Shown here piece by piece: positions 27,141 to 39,601 of a stretch of 64,000 nt of DNA; the stretch's first letter is position 1, and each line of letters begins with the position of its first letter. Source of the stretch: the human T2T-CHM13v2.0 reference genome, Homo sapiens; the NCBI GenBank assembly GCA_009914755.4, contig CP068257.2, positions 8,576,001-8,640,000 on the forward strand, written 5' to 3'. Below the pieces are notes generated by a model. It had not been told where the DNA came from. It was given only the letters and a program-made list of their open reading frames with translations, and did not search any database. The translations under genes were made by a program, and so were the position numbers.

Positions 27141-27489
27141 AGACAATTGGAGATTAGAAAAAGTTTTTTGAAGTGGCATTTGAGAAGGGCTTGATAGATA
27201 AGATCTCTACAAATAGAAATAGAGAGATGGTTTCAAATCACCCAGGTGAAAGGAATAACATAGCCATGTTCAGTCTGAATGCAAAATGGAGATGGTAAAA
27301 AGTACATAGGATTCCACCACCAGTGGGAGGACAGAATTGTAATGTGGCAGCAATCTGTAAATATAATATTTATCACTCATTCACATTTATTTAGAGTCTA
27401 ATGTGTTCTAGGCTCTGAAATTAAGCAAAGAAAATCTAGATATGCATAAGTCCAAGACTGCCTTTGTGACAGTCAAAATAATTACCCCA

Positions 27490-27955
27490 TGAATATGTTC
27501 TAGTCCCTGGAATCTGTGACCATATTACTTTACATGAGGCAAAAGGGACTTTGGAGATGTGATTAACCCTTGTGTTAGGGGGATTATCCTTGATTATCTT
27601 GGGGGCCAATCTAATTGCATGTGTCTATAAAATAAGAGAATCTTTCCTAGCTACAGTCAGAAGGTGATATGACTACAGAACAATGGTCACAGACATCCCA
27701 CATTACTGGCTTTGAAGATGGAGGGATTGTCCCATGATCCAAGGAATAGGGACAGCATCTAAAAGTTGGAAAAGGAAATGGATTCTCTCTAGAGCCTCCA
27801 GAAAGCAATACAGCCCTGACAACACCTTCACTTAAGTCCAGTAAGACCACGGTCAGAGGTTTGCCCTACAGAACTATAGGGTCATAAGTCTTTGATTTAA
27901 GCCACAAAATTGTGGTAATTTGTTATGGCAGCAATAGAAAATTAATTTTAAGAAC
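27490..27955 (+). repeat. MST/MLT-type MaLR solo LTR.
   Basis: 'ttacatgaggcaaaagggactttggagatgtgattaaccc.tgtgttagggggattatccttgattatcttgggggccaatctaattgcatgtgtc...gatggagggattgtcccatgatccaaggaatagggacagcatctaaaagttggaaaaggaaatggattctctctagagcctccagaaagcaatacagccctgacaacaccttcacttaagtccagtaagaccac...gatttaagccacaaaattgtggtaatttgttatggcagcaatagaaaattaat'. Confidence 0.7.
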
Positions 27956-28049
27956 TTTATTATTTGGAAGATAGGCAGACCAGAAAATCCAAATTATAAT
28001 ATAATTCGATTAAAACCTATGGGGATTTGCACTAGGTGTTTTAGAAAAT

Positions 28050-29412
28050 AATTGAGTATTAACAAGACTAACAGAAGAAATGTTCTAAAATTTATACACT
28101 AAGTACATCACATTTTTCTAATGATCACGTAGATAGAGCAACTTAGAATCCATGGTTTTAACAAACCAACAGGCTTATATACATAAATATAAAAATATTA
28201 TGTATATATATATAATATATAATATATGGAATAGCCCCCTGGGCACGGGCAGCCCTGGGTCAAAGGGCGGCACTGTACTAGCAGCCCACACCCCACCTCA
28301 CCCGCCTACCCTGAGCTGACTTGTCTGCTAAATGCTAAATAAACCTGTCAACCTGTCTGGTTTAACTAAGAAGGGCCTCGATGCAACAAGCCTGAGGGCT
28401 GTGACTGGAGGAAGAGAGAGCACAGACGGAGCTCCTCCTCCTTCTGCCACTGCCCACCAACTGAAAACCACCAACTGAAGTTTGCTTAGATTCTCAGCCT
28501 ACACCTTGCTCCCAACAAAACTCATGCAATACTTGGGCCCCCACTACAATCTCTGGAACAAAATATTCTACGGATCTGCTTTTTGAGCTGCAACTTATCT
28601 TACTAAATTCCAAGAAGCTTAAGTAAGAGAAAACCACCAGATAATACAAGATTTTCAATGTGATCATCATTGCTACTTTTAACTAGAAATTATCCAGTAA
28701 ATGTATTGTGAACTGCTTTGTGACTATGCTGATTTATTTAGTCTTTCTGATCATTGGTTTGATTATCTCCAATATATGAGTGTCACCAATTTTATAAAGT
28801 TGCTCTAAAAATTAAATGAAAGAAAAATAATCCTCCTTCTCCATATATTGAACACTTACAAAATTATAGGCATTGTGTCCAGGTTTTTACATACTTACCT
28901 GAGAGAAGTCTCCTGACAAACCTGTCTTTTCAATTACAAGCATTTTGCCATGATTTTTACACATGTACGTTATAGAAGCCTCATAACAATCACATCTTTT
29001 ATAGATCAGCAAACTGAGCCTCAGACGAGTTAAAAACACATTCACCATCAAATCATAATGAGGGATGGAACTGGGATTCAAATCCGGTTCTCTCTGATGC
29101 CAAAAATGGTGCAATTTAACGAGGACCAAGTTACACCCAGAACATGGAGGGATCAAAACATGTGGATTCCCTTTTCTGGCCTCTCATGTGGGAATTTCAA
29201 TAGCTTTCACTGCCTCAGAGCAATCCTAAACTCCCTCCCAGGTTGCCTTGCAATGGCCCCCTTATTCGTGGGGATGATTAGGAATCTGCATTTTTGGACC
29301 ACAAGCATCTATAAAGAGTTGTGTTGATCAAGAAATAAAATTTACTAGGTCATAGGTTACTGTGAATTGTCTAGCTTGTCTGTAAAAAAAAAAAGGGGCT
29401 ATTCCATGTAAA
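28050..29412 (+). repeat. Local duplicon copy A, ~1.36 kb, paralogous to 31062-31972. It carries a ~433-bp copy-specific insert at 28183-28615 that starts with (TA)n and continues GC-rich.
   Basis: Collinear blocks shared with copy B: 'ttctaaaatttatacactaagtac...ttttctaatgatcac...gatagagcaa.cttagaatc.atggttt.aacaaa', 'agagaaaaccacca...caagattttcaatgtga.catcattg.tacttt..actag.aattatccagt.aat.ta.tgtgaactgctttgtgactatg.tgatttattta', 'gctctaaaaattaaatga.agaaaaataatcctccttctc.atatattgaa.ac.tacaaaatta', 'cagacgagttaaaaaca.attcaccatcaaatcataatgag.ga.ggaactgggattcaaatcc.gttctctctga', 'catggagggatcaaaacatgtggattccctttt', 'ctttcactgcctcaga.caatcctaaactccctcccaggttgccttgca', and 'ttaggaatctgcatttttggaccaca.gcatctataaagagttgtgttgatcaagaaataaaatt'. 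Confidence 0.85.
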
Positions 29413-29521
29413 AAAATCACAGAATCCACTGAATCTGTGCAGAAAGACATAGAACTATACAGCAGGAGCATCTTACAGACAGCTGCACCTGAAGACCAGC
29501 CGAAACACACAAAGCAAGAGC

Positions 29522-29657
29522 ACCTCCAATGACCAAGTGTGGTGGCTCTTGCCTGTCATCCCAGCAGTGTGGGAGGCCAAGGTGGGTGAATCACTTGAGG
29601 CCAGGGGCCTGAGACCAGCTTGGGCAACACAGTGAGACCTTATCCCTACAAAAAAAA
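29522..29657 (+). repeat. Free Alu monomer (FRAM/FLAM-like) with a short A-tail.
   Basis: 'accaagtgtggtggctcttgcctgtcatcccagcagtgtgggaggccaaggtgggtgaatcacttgaggccaggggcctgagaccagcttgggcaacacagtgagaccttatccctacaaaaaaaat'. Confidence 0.8.
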
Positions 29658-29839
29658 TCATTTTTTATTATTAGAATCAAGAAGAGTACCTCTAAACCCT
29701 TGCTGTTGCTTTAGGGTAGAGAGCTCTGGTCTAGAACTCAAGTTATGAAACTGTGAGTCCCAGTGTAGCTACTTAAGTTTAAATACAAGAGCTGTCAGAC
29801 ATTTCCACTACAGCAACGAAATCTGTAGCATCCATTTTG

Positions 29840-30780
29840 TACTTTGAAAACTTAGTTTTTGGCCAGCCTCTAGGAAGAAGAAGAGGGTCCAGAACTGGGC
29901 ATATGGGTAGGGATGGCAAAAGAAACCGGCTGGATGCAACAGGGAAAGACGAACGGATGGAGACCCCAGGAAGAGCCAGTCCTCAGGCTTGGGGCCTGGG
30001 TCTAGGAAAGGAACTAGGTGAAGAAGGGAGGAGCCCCAGTCTGTGGATGTCTCTGGGGGAACCTTGGTTCAGCAACGGCCAGAGAAGCTCCTGAGGCCAA
30101 GCGGTATCTGTCGCCTCCCTACCTTTGGGCGTCTTCTGGTCGCCAATGTGCTGCAGGTCATGGCTCCGGAATCAAATTGGGCTCAAATTGCTTGAGCTCC
30201 AACGCAGTGGAGCCTGGCCCTACTCCCACCTACACCTCGTGGATCTCAGAGCTGCAGGATGGCTCTGCCCACCACACCCTAAAATGGCCTCGCTTGGGGC
30301 TGGTATTGGGGGACAGCATGTTCTGGGAGTCTCTGCTGCTTTCTGCTGGTGCCTGTGCCTGTGCTGGCCGCCCACTCATAGATATCAAAGCCACAGGACG
30401 GCCCCGCAGAACCCCTCCGCTGGCCCTGCAGGGGGCTGGCTTTCGTGCACATGCGACTGGTCATCGTGGTCCCCCTGGGGCACCTCTGCTCTTCTCGAGG
30501 CAGCTTGGGCCTTCGCTTGCCCTCACGTCTGCAGAGCTGAGCACCTGCCCCCTCTCCCCAGGAAAGACAACCAAATGCCACCAACTTAAAGCACACACTG
30601 AAGGCCACCAACTGAAGGCCGGTTGCCCTGACAACCTGATGTGTCCTGCTTAGGAAGAACCAATCAGGCCTTGAGTTCCTTCCACGCGCTGCCCTTCCAT
30701 TTGTGACGTGGGAGTCCAGGCACTGGCTCACAAAGCCGCACCCCCAGTGACCCCGCCCCACCTTTCATTTATTGCTAACT
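29840..30780. other. ~0.94-kb GC-rich, CpG-retaining block of unknown identity, either an LTR-like remnant or an orphan CpG-rich island. It lies between the two duplicon copies.
   Basis: Local GC content is far above its surroundings, with many CpGs ('cgaacggatgg', 'gccaagcggtatctgtcgcc', 'ggacggccccgcag', 'ttcgtgcacatgcgactggtcatcgtgg', 'ccacgcgctgccc', 'tgtgacgtggg'). Overlapping ORFs of 211, 154 and 160 aa run in three frames, which is typical of GC-rich non-coding DNA. Confidence 0.4.
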
Positions 30781-31061
30781 GGTAGCAACTTTCAGGTTTC
30801 CTCACTGTGAATTATGAATATGAATTATGATGAATTTACTGTATCCTAATGTACCTCATGCACTATCTGACAGCCAAAGTCCCCTCTTCCCCCATGACCT
30901 CTGAGTTTTTTGGAAACTAGAAAGAAGATACATTTCTGCAGGTGCTTTCAGAAAAAAACGTTGCCACGATCTAAGGTTACTCTGTGATGTCAAGTCATAT
31001 TTCATATGTCATACATATTCATATTTATATTCATAATTCAAAATGCACATATTCAATCAAA

Positions 31062-31972
31062 TTAACAGGATTGAAAAGGACATTTTCTAAAATTTATACA
31101 CTAAGTACCTTATATTTTTCTAATGATCACTTTGATAGAGCAAACTTAGAATCTATGGTTTCAACAAATGAAGAGGCTTATGCAAGAGAAAACCACCACC
31201 CAACACAAGATTTTCAATGTGACCATCATTGTTACTTTTCACTAGCAATTATCCAGTTAATATACTGTGAACTGCTTTGTGACTATGGTGATTTATTTAA
31301 ACCTACTGATCCTTTGATTATCACAAAAATATGAATAATACCAATTTTATAAACTTGCTCTAAAAATTAAATGAGAGAAAAATAATCCTCCTTCTCTATA
31401 TATTGAAAACCTACAAAATTAGTAACATTGTGTCCAGATTTTTACACACTTACTTTATTGAAGCCTCATCACAACCCCGTGTTTTAAATTACAGGATTAC
31501 TCCCAGATTTTTAAACCCTTACCTTATGCAAGTCTCATAACAATCCCATCATTTGTAGATGAGCAAACTGAGGTTCAGACGAGTTAAAAACATATTCACC
31601 ATCAAATCATAATGAGTGAAGGAACTGGGATTCAAATCCAGTTCTCTCTGACACTAAAGGTGGTGAAATGTAATGAAGACCAAGTTATATCCAGCACATG
31701 GAGGGATCAAAACATGTGGATTCCCTTTCTCTACCCTCTTACATGTTAATCTCAATGGCTTTCACTGCCTCAGAACAATCCTAAACTCCCTCCCAGGTTG
31801 CCTTGCAGAGGATCCCTTCTTTTGGGGACGATTAGGAATCTGCATTTTTGGACCACAGGCATCTATAAAGAGTTGTGTTGATCAAGAAATAAAATTGTCT
31901 AGGCCATAAGTTACTGTGAATTGTCTAGCTTCTCTGCAAAAAAATAAATGGGCTATTCTCTATATTTTTTGT
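31062..31972 (+). repeat. Local duplicon copy B, ~0.91 kb, paralogous to 28050-29412 and lacking the 433-bp insert.
   Basis: Same collinear blocks as copy A. By eye the copies are ~85-90% identical. Each copy contains a MIR-like core ('...atcagcaaactgagcctcagacgagttaaaaacacattcacc...'). Confidence 0.85.
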
Positions 31973-34900
31973 TATTCCATTATTGACAATAGCCTAGAAT
32001 CAACCTAAGTGTCCAAGAAGACTTGGTTTAACCCTAAGGATTACTAATGTTTTCACTGTGGTCATTGTGGTAGATTATATTACCATTCTCCCATTATCTG
32101 GTCTTCCTGCTGTAGTGGCCCTATCTCCTAGAAGATTATACATTTCTGTCCTATTGAAGGAAGGGTCAGATTTAGACATGTGACCTGTTTGGCCAGTGAA
32201 ATGCAGGTAGAAGTGGCATGTGTATCTTTTAAGCCGAAAATTTCCTTTTTCAAGGATCTGGGAGCCATCTCTTTCAAACGTAATCCTCCAGAAAGATAAT
32301 ACCATATTTCCCAGTCTCCATGAGAGAGTAAGAGCCTAATCTTGCTCCAAGTTGTAAAAATTACCTTATATCATAAAGATAAAAGAAAGTTTATCTTTCC
32401 TTTGAAAAAAGACAGTTAGCAAAGACAGGTGGCCTATGATCACCCTCTTACCCTCACTTTCAAAAACTCCATGGCCCTTTGTATCAGGGGAGCTGAGTTC
32501 AGACTAGGTCTGGACTCTCTCCAGTATTCCAATAGCTTGAATAATATCTTCCTTACTTATTTAACTTTTTCCAGTGCAATTTTTTCTTTGACTCTTTCCT
32601 CCCTCTCTAAAACTTACATTGAAATTTTAGTAGGATTCAAGGCAGCCAATCTCGAAGCTTGAATATATAAAAGAACCCTTTAAGATTAAAAAACCCATAT
32701 TATCTTCCATAAGTTATTTCTTCAGACTATTGCCTTATTAAAATTTTCTAGTTCTTATTTTTGCATTAAAAGGAGAATGATGATTTTTAAATAAGTTCCT
32801 ACTCACTTTTAATTTCTACTATGACAGTTTTATTACTTTTCATGGCAATAGATTCCTCTGGTTCAACAAGAAGGGCAGAACAAGGAAGTACAGAAACATC
32901 TCAATATATCTCAAAAAGTTATTTAACATGGACAGTGTCATTTAATATCTTTAACATCCCTATCAAATGGATGCCATTATTATCCCCCTTTTACAGGATA
33001 TTAAAACTTACATACTGTAAATAACCAGCTGAAAGTCATATAGCATGGAAAATACAATAAGCATACAAAGAAGCAATGGCATTTGAAGTGGAGGAGGGTG
33101 AAGGATTAAAAGGCTAAACTTAGTTTGGTTAAGAAAAAAGAAAACTAGAAGGTGGCAAACTCTTGTTGGAAAGGGGAAGGATTTGGGCACAGCAAGGTAG
33201 TGGAGTAGATCTCTCCAGTAATCATACCCCTATGGACACATCTATATGAACAACTATCCACATATGAAATTAACTTCACAAGAGCTAATGAACCCTGAAT
33301 ACATGAGTGAGTCAATGAAGCCCCGTTGGACTGCAAAGAGGAGTAAAACCATGCTTGGACAGTAAGGGAAACAGTACTCTGTGACTGTGATACTCCTCCC
33401 CCAGGCCATAATGGTATTATATGCAGAAAGTCCTCCTGAACTCACTGTTCTTACACTGAATAAAGTGAGCAGAAGTTGAATATTTTTTCCACCATACTGA
33501 GTGCCTTCACAGTAGACTCACTCCTGCATCAGCCCACAAGCAGAATCATGAGTGTCAACAGAGCTGAACCACCAGAGGCATGCTAGGGACATACAGAAGG
33601 GATTGCGTTAGCAATACTTACTATATGAAACTTAGCAGTGGCTAGCCATTCCTACCAGAGGAAATATTATACCAGACAGGTTGTTTATGGGCACCACGCT
33701 GTGGGAAACATGATACACAGACTGTCCAGATTTGATGGCCTGACTTGTTCTCCCCCAACAGACAGCAGCCTTTCTGTGGATCACCCATGGGCCCATCCAG
33801 TTACATTGCATCAGTGGTGAAGCTCCATTGCAAGACTTATGTCTAACCTTTGTTTTGGACACCTCCTAATGTTAAAATGGAATATAATGGAAATCCAGAC
33901 AGAATTTCTAAAGAAGCCCACTGAGAAACAGTCAAAAACAAACCCAGACTGAGAAGATTGAAATAAATATTTAATTCATCAATGTGTAGACAGAGATGCA
34001 CATCTAAAAAAATAAGAATAGCCTAGGAAAAACTGCCTCACCAAATGGAGAAAACAAGGTGTCAGCAACTGAACCTAAAGACATGCAAATGAATGATGTG
34101 GCAGACAAAAAAATTCAAATAGCTGTTTTTTTTAAGAAAAAAAAAAATCTCTGAACTTCAACAAAGTACAGAGAAACAACATGGAAATTTATGAGAAATT
34201 CAACAAAGAATTTAAAATAATGGGAAAAAATCAAAAGGAAATCCTGGAGGTAGAAAGTTCAGTAAACAAACTGAAAAATGCACTAGAGGGCATCCAGAGC
34301 AGAACTGATCAAGTAGAAGGAAAAAAACAGTGAGCTCAAAGACAGGCTCTTTGAAAATACACTGTCAGAGTAGAAAAGAGAAAAAAATGAGAAGAAACAA
34401 AGAAAACTTATGAGATCCATGGGACACCATAAAAAAAAACAAATCTACAGTGTTAAAGTGGAACTAAGAATGAAAAAGAGTTAGAAGCTTATTCAGAGAA
34501 ATAACAGACAACTTTTTAAACTTGGAGAAGGATTAAGATGTTTAGGATGGCCAAAGCTCACTAATCTGATTTAATCTGAATAAGACAACCACAAGACACT
34601 TATAATTAAACTTTCAAACGTCAAAAACAAACAGTAGGTCCTGAAAGCATTAAGAAAAAGGAAGCGTATAACACATAAGAGAATTCCAATGTGCCTGGCA
34701 GCAGACTTCTCAGCAGAAACAATATGGGCCAGGAGAGAGTAGGATAATAGAATCAACTGCTGAAGAAAAAAACTGTCAACCGTGAATACAGTATCCAGCA
34801 CAGCTCTCATTTAGAAATGAAGGAGAGGTTAAAACATTCTAAGACAAACAAAAGATGAAGGAATTCATTGTAACCATACCTGCCTTAAAAGAAATGTTAA

Positions 34901-36794
34901 AGAACAGTCTTCAAACTAAAGAAAAGGTCACTAATATGTAATACAAAAAATTGGAAGGTATAAAACTGCAGGTAAAAATAAATATTCAGACAAATTCAGG
35001 ATGCTCTAATATAGTAATAATTGAATGTAATCCACTTACATGTTTTTAGTAAGAAGGTTAAAATACAAAACAAAAACAATAAAAACTACAATAATTTGTT
35101 AAGGGATAAGTGATATAAAAGATGTAAATTAAGACATCAAAAATGCAAAATGTGGGGGAGTGACTGAGTTAAAGAGCAGAGTGTTTGCTTTTCCCCATTT
35201 CTTATTATCAAAATTAAGTTGTTATCCATTCAAAATTACCTATTGAAACTAAAAAATATTCTTCACATGTCTCATAGTAACCAAAAGGTAAACACTTTTA
35301 TTAGATACACTAAAAATAAAAGAACAAGAAACAAAAACACACAGAGAAAATCACTTAACTACAAAGGAAGACAACAAAGGGACAAAAAGGTACAAAAATT
35401 CTAAAAGATAACAAGAAAACAGTATATGGCAGTACAAGTCCTTATCTATCAATAATTACCTTGAATGGAAATAGATTAAACTATCCAGTAAGAAGACAGA
35501 GAATGGGTAAATGGATTAAAAACAAGACCTAACTATATTCTTTCTACAAGAGACTCCCAACACCTGTAAATACACACACAAATTGAAAGTGACCAGATGA
35601 AAAAATATATTTTATGATAATGGAAACCAAAGAATGCAGAAGTAGTTATATTTATATCAAATAAAATAGACTTCAAGTAAAAAAAAACAGTAAACACAGA
35701 CAAACAAGGCCATTATGTAATAATAAAGGGGTCAGTACAACAAGAGAATACAATAATTGTAATTATATAATGCACTCAACATTGGAGAACCTAAATATAT
35801 AAAGCAAACATTAATAGATCTAAAAGGAGAGACAAAAAGCTGTACAATAATAGTAAGAAACCTCGACATCCGATTTTCAGCAATGAACAGATCATTGAGA
35901 GAGAATCTCAACAAAGAAACATTTAAACTGCACTCTAGATCAAAAGAATTTAACAGCTATTTACATAACATTTCATCCAACAATTGCATAATTCACTGTC
36001 TTTTCACCTGCATATGGAATATTGTGCATGATAGATATGTTAGACCACAAAACAAGTCTTAGCTAATCAAAAAATCAAATCATATCATGTGTTTTTTTAA
36101 CCATATGGAATAAAGCTAGAAATAAACAACAGGAGGAACTTCAGAAATTGTGCAAATACATACAAATTAAACAACATATCCTTAAACAACCAATGGGTCA
36201 ATGAAAAAAATTTAATTTTAAAAATATCTGAAGACAAATAAAAATGAAATCAGAACATATGAAAACTTATGAAATACAGCAAAACAGTCCTTAGAAGGAA
36301 GTTTATAGCAATACATTTCTACATCAATAAAGAAGAAAGATAATAAATAAACCATCTAACAATGTATTTCAAGGAACTATAAAATCAAGAACAAACTAAG
36401 ACCCAAATTAGCAAAAGGATATAAATATCAGAGCACAAATATACAAAATGAAGACAAAAATACAAATGACTAATTAAATGCAGGAATCTTTTTTGAAAAC
36501 GTAAAATTGACAAATGTTTTGTCAGACTAAGAAAAAAAGAGAAAATTCACATATAATCAGAGATGAAAAAGGATATACTATGATAGACTCTAGATAAATA
36601 TAAGGAATCATGAGTAAGTACTACAAACAATTATACGCCAATAAATCGAAAAACTTAGAAGAAATACATATGCTCTGGACACATATAACCTATCAAAATT
36701 GAAGAAAGAAGAAATAGAAAATGTGAACACACCAATGACAAATAATGAGATTGAAGGAGCGATTTAGGCTCTCAGTCAAGGAAAATCCAAAAGA

Positions 36795-37072
36795 CTTCAC
36801 ACAGTAGCTCACACCTGTAATCTCACAGTTTAGGAGCCCAAGGCAGGAGAATCACTAGAGGCCAGGAGTTCAAGATTAGCCTGGGCAACACAATGAGACT
36901 CCATCTCTAAAAATAAAAATAAAAATTATCCAGGTATAGTGGTGTGTATTTGTACTCAGGAGGCTGAGGCAGGAGGATCACTTAAGACCAGGTGTTTGAG
37001 GCTGCAGTCAGCTATGACTGCACCACTGTATGCCAGCCTCAGTGATAGAGTGAGACCCTGTCTCTAAAAAAA
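36795..37072 (+). mobile_element. Alu, plus orientation, nested in the L1.
   Basis: 'tcacacagtagctcacacctgtaatctcacagtttaggagcccaaggcaggagaatcactagaggccaggagttcaagattagcctgggcaacacaatgagactccatctctaaaaataaaaataaaaattatccaggtatagtggtgtgtatttgtactcaggaggctgaggcaggaggatcacttaagaccagg...ccactgtatgccagcctcagtgatagagtgagaccctgtctctaaaaaaa'. Confidence 0.9.
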
Positions 37073-39309
37073 TAGAGGAAGAAAGAAAAGTTCACGACTT
37101 GGTGGTTTTCGCTGACAAATTCTACAAAACATTTAAAAAATTTATACAAATTATTTACAAACTATTTCAAAAAAATGAAAAGGAGGGAACTCTTCCAAAC
37201 TCATTCTATGAAGACAGCATTTCCTGATTCCAAAATGAGACAAGAACAGCAAATAAAAGAAAACTCCAGGCCAATATCTTTGATAAACATAGATGCAAAC
37301 ATTCAAAACCAGCAGTTCTAGCAATGATATTTCAAAAGCACATTAAAAAGATTATCCACCATAATCAAATGGTATTTACCCGGGGTGGTAAGGATAGTCT
37401 AATACTTGTAAATCAATAAAATGTGATACATCATATTAAACAATGAAGGATAAAAAACATATAATCATTTCAATAGATGCAGAAAAAGCATTTGACAAAA
37501 TTAAACATCTTTTTATGATCAAACCTTTTAACAAATTAGTTATAAAAGAACATAATAAAATAAAGACCATATGTGATAATCCACAGGCAACATTGTACTG
37601 AATGGTGAAAACTTGAAAGCTTTGCCTCTAGGATCTGGAACAAGACAAGAATGTTCACTTTAATCACTTTTTTCAACATAGTACTGGAAGTCCTAGTCAG
37701 AACAATTAGGTAAGAGAAAGAAATAAAAGGCATCCAAATTGGAAAAAAAAAGTCAAATTGTCCCTCTTTGAAGATGACATGATCATATATGTATAAAACC
37801 CTAAATATGCCACTGAGAATCAGAAATAGTAAATGAATACAATAAGGTTTCAGGATACAAAAGCAACATAAAAAATCAGTAACATTTCTATACACCAATA
37901 GCAGACTAACTGAAAAAGGAATCAAGAAAGTAATCCCATTTAAAATAGCTATTAAGAAAACAAAATACCTACAAGTAAATTAAGCCACGGAAAGATGAAA
38001 ATTATTAAACGTTGATAAAAACAATTAAAAAATTAAAATAAATAGAAAGATATCCCATGTTCATGGACTAGAAGAATTAACATTGTTGAAATGACCATAC
38101 TATGCAAATCAATCTATAAATCCAATATAATCTCTATCAAATTTCCAATTTCATTCTTCACAGATATTAAAAAATATCTTAAAATTCATGTGAAACTACA
38201 AAACACCCCAAATAGCCAAATAAATCTTAAGCAAAAAGAGCAATGCTAGAGGTATTACACTATCTAATTTCAAAATATATTACAAAACTATCTTAACTAA
38301 AACAGCATGGTATTGGCATAAAAACAGGCATGTAGACCAGTGGAACAAAAATAGAGAGCCCAGGCATAAAACCACATATTTATATGCAACTTATTTTTGA
38401 CAAAGGTGCAAACATTCAATTGGGAAAAGACAGTCTTTTCAACAAATGGTGCTGGGAAAGTGCATATCCACATACAAAAGAATGAAAGTAGACCCCTATC
38501 TCTCATCATATACAAAAATCAACTCAAAATAAATTAAATATTTAAATGTAAGACCCCAAACTATGAAACTAGTAGAAGAAAACTTAGGTGAAATGTTATA
38601 TGTCATTGGTCTGGGCAAGGACTTTTTAGAAAAGACATTGAAAGTCATGAACAACAAAAGCAAAAATAAACAAATGGGATTACACCAAATAAAAACTTCT
38701 GTACTGCATAGGAAACAATCACAAGAGTGAAGACACAACCTACAAAATGGGAGAAAATATCTGCAAACTATTCACTTCATAAGGGGTTAATATCCCAAAT
38801 TTATAGAAAACCCAAACAACTCAATAGCAAAAATACAAATAATTGGATTAGAAAATAGTCAAGACAGCTGAATAGACATTTCTCCAAATAAGACAAAAAA
38901 AATCACCAACAGGTATACGAAAAAATGCTCACCATCACTAATAATCAGAGAAATGCAAGTCAAATCCACAGTGAGATATCATCTCATCCTGCTTAGAATG
39001 CTTTTTATGAAAAAGTCAAAAAATAGCAAATGCTGGCAAGTATGTGAAGGGGAATTTTCATACACTGTTGGTGGAAATGTAAATTAGAGCAACTGTTATG
39101 GAAAACAATATAACTTCCAAAAACATTAAAAATAGACTTATCACATAATCCAACAATCCCACTACTGGGTATATATTCAAAGATTATTAAATCAGTATGT
39201 CAAAGAGATTTCTGGACCCTCATGTTAATTACAGCACTATTCACAATAGCCTAGAATCAACCTAAGTGTCCATCAATGAATGAATGGAGAAAGAAAATGT
39301 GGCATATAT

Positions 39310-39601
39310 GCTGTATTTGGTCATTCTTGCATAGCTATAAAGAAATACCTGAGATTGGATAATTTATAAGAAAAGAGACATAATTGGCTCCTGGTTCCAT
39401 GGGCTGTACAGGGAGCATAATGCCAACATCTGCTTGACTAGTCAGGAAGTTTGGGAACTCGTTCACTATCATGAGGATAGCACCAAGCCATGAGGGATCC
39501 ACCTCCATGACCCAAACACCCCCTACCAGGCCCAATCTCTAACAGTGGGGATTACAATATAACATGAGATATGGGTCAGGACAAATATCCAAACTATATC
39601 A
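39310..39601 (-). repeat. MaLR (THE1/MST-family) solo LTR, minus orientation, internally shortened, nested in the L1 3' end.
   Basis: Reverse complement of '...tgatatagtttggatatttgtcctgacccatatctcatgttatattgtaatccccactgttagagattgggcctggtagggggtgtttgggtcatggaggtggatccctcatggcttggtgctatcctcatgatagtgaacgagttcccaaacttcctgactagtcaagcagatgttggcattatgctccctgtacagcccatggaaccaggagccaattatgtctcttttcttataaattatccaatctcaggtatttctttatagctatgcaagaatgaccaaatacagca'. Confidence 0.7.

Noticed and set aside
31985-32030. Short L1 ORF2-end-like string 'ttattgacaatagcctagaatcaacctaagtgtccaagaagac'
   Set aside because: It is only ~45 bp and abuts the end of duplicon copy B. It is plausibly an L1 scrap but too short to annotate as a feature.
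33100-33870. Possible L1 5' UTR continuing upstream of the ORF1-like region
   Set aside because: The sequence is not A-rich and coding-like as the L1 body is, and I cannot match it to an L1 5' UTR from memory. The L1 5' boundary is left at ~33870 with a note of uncertainty.
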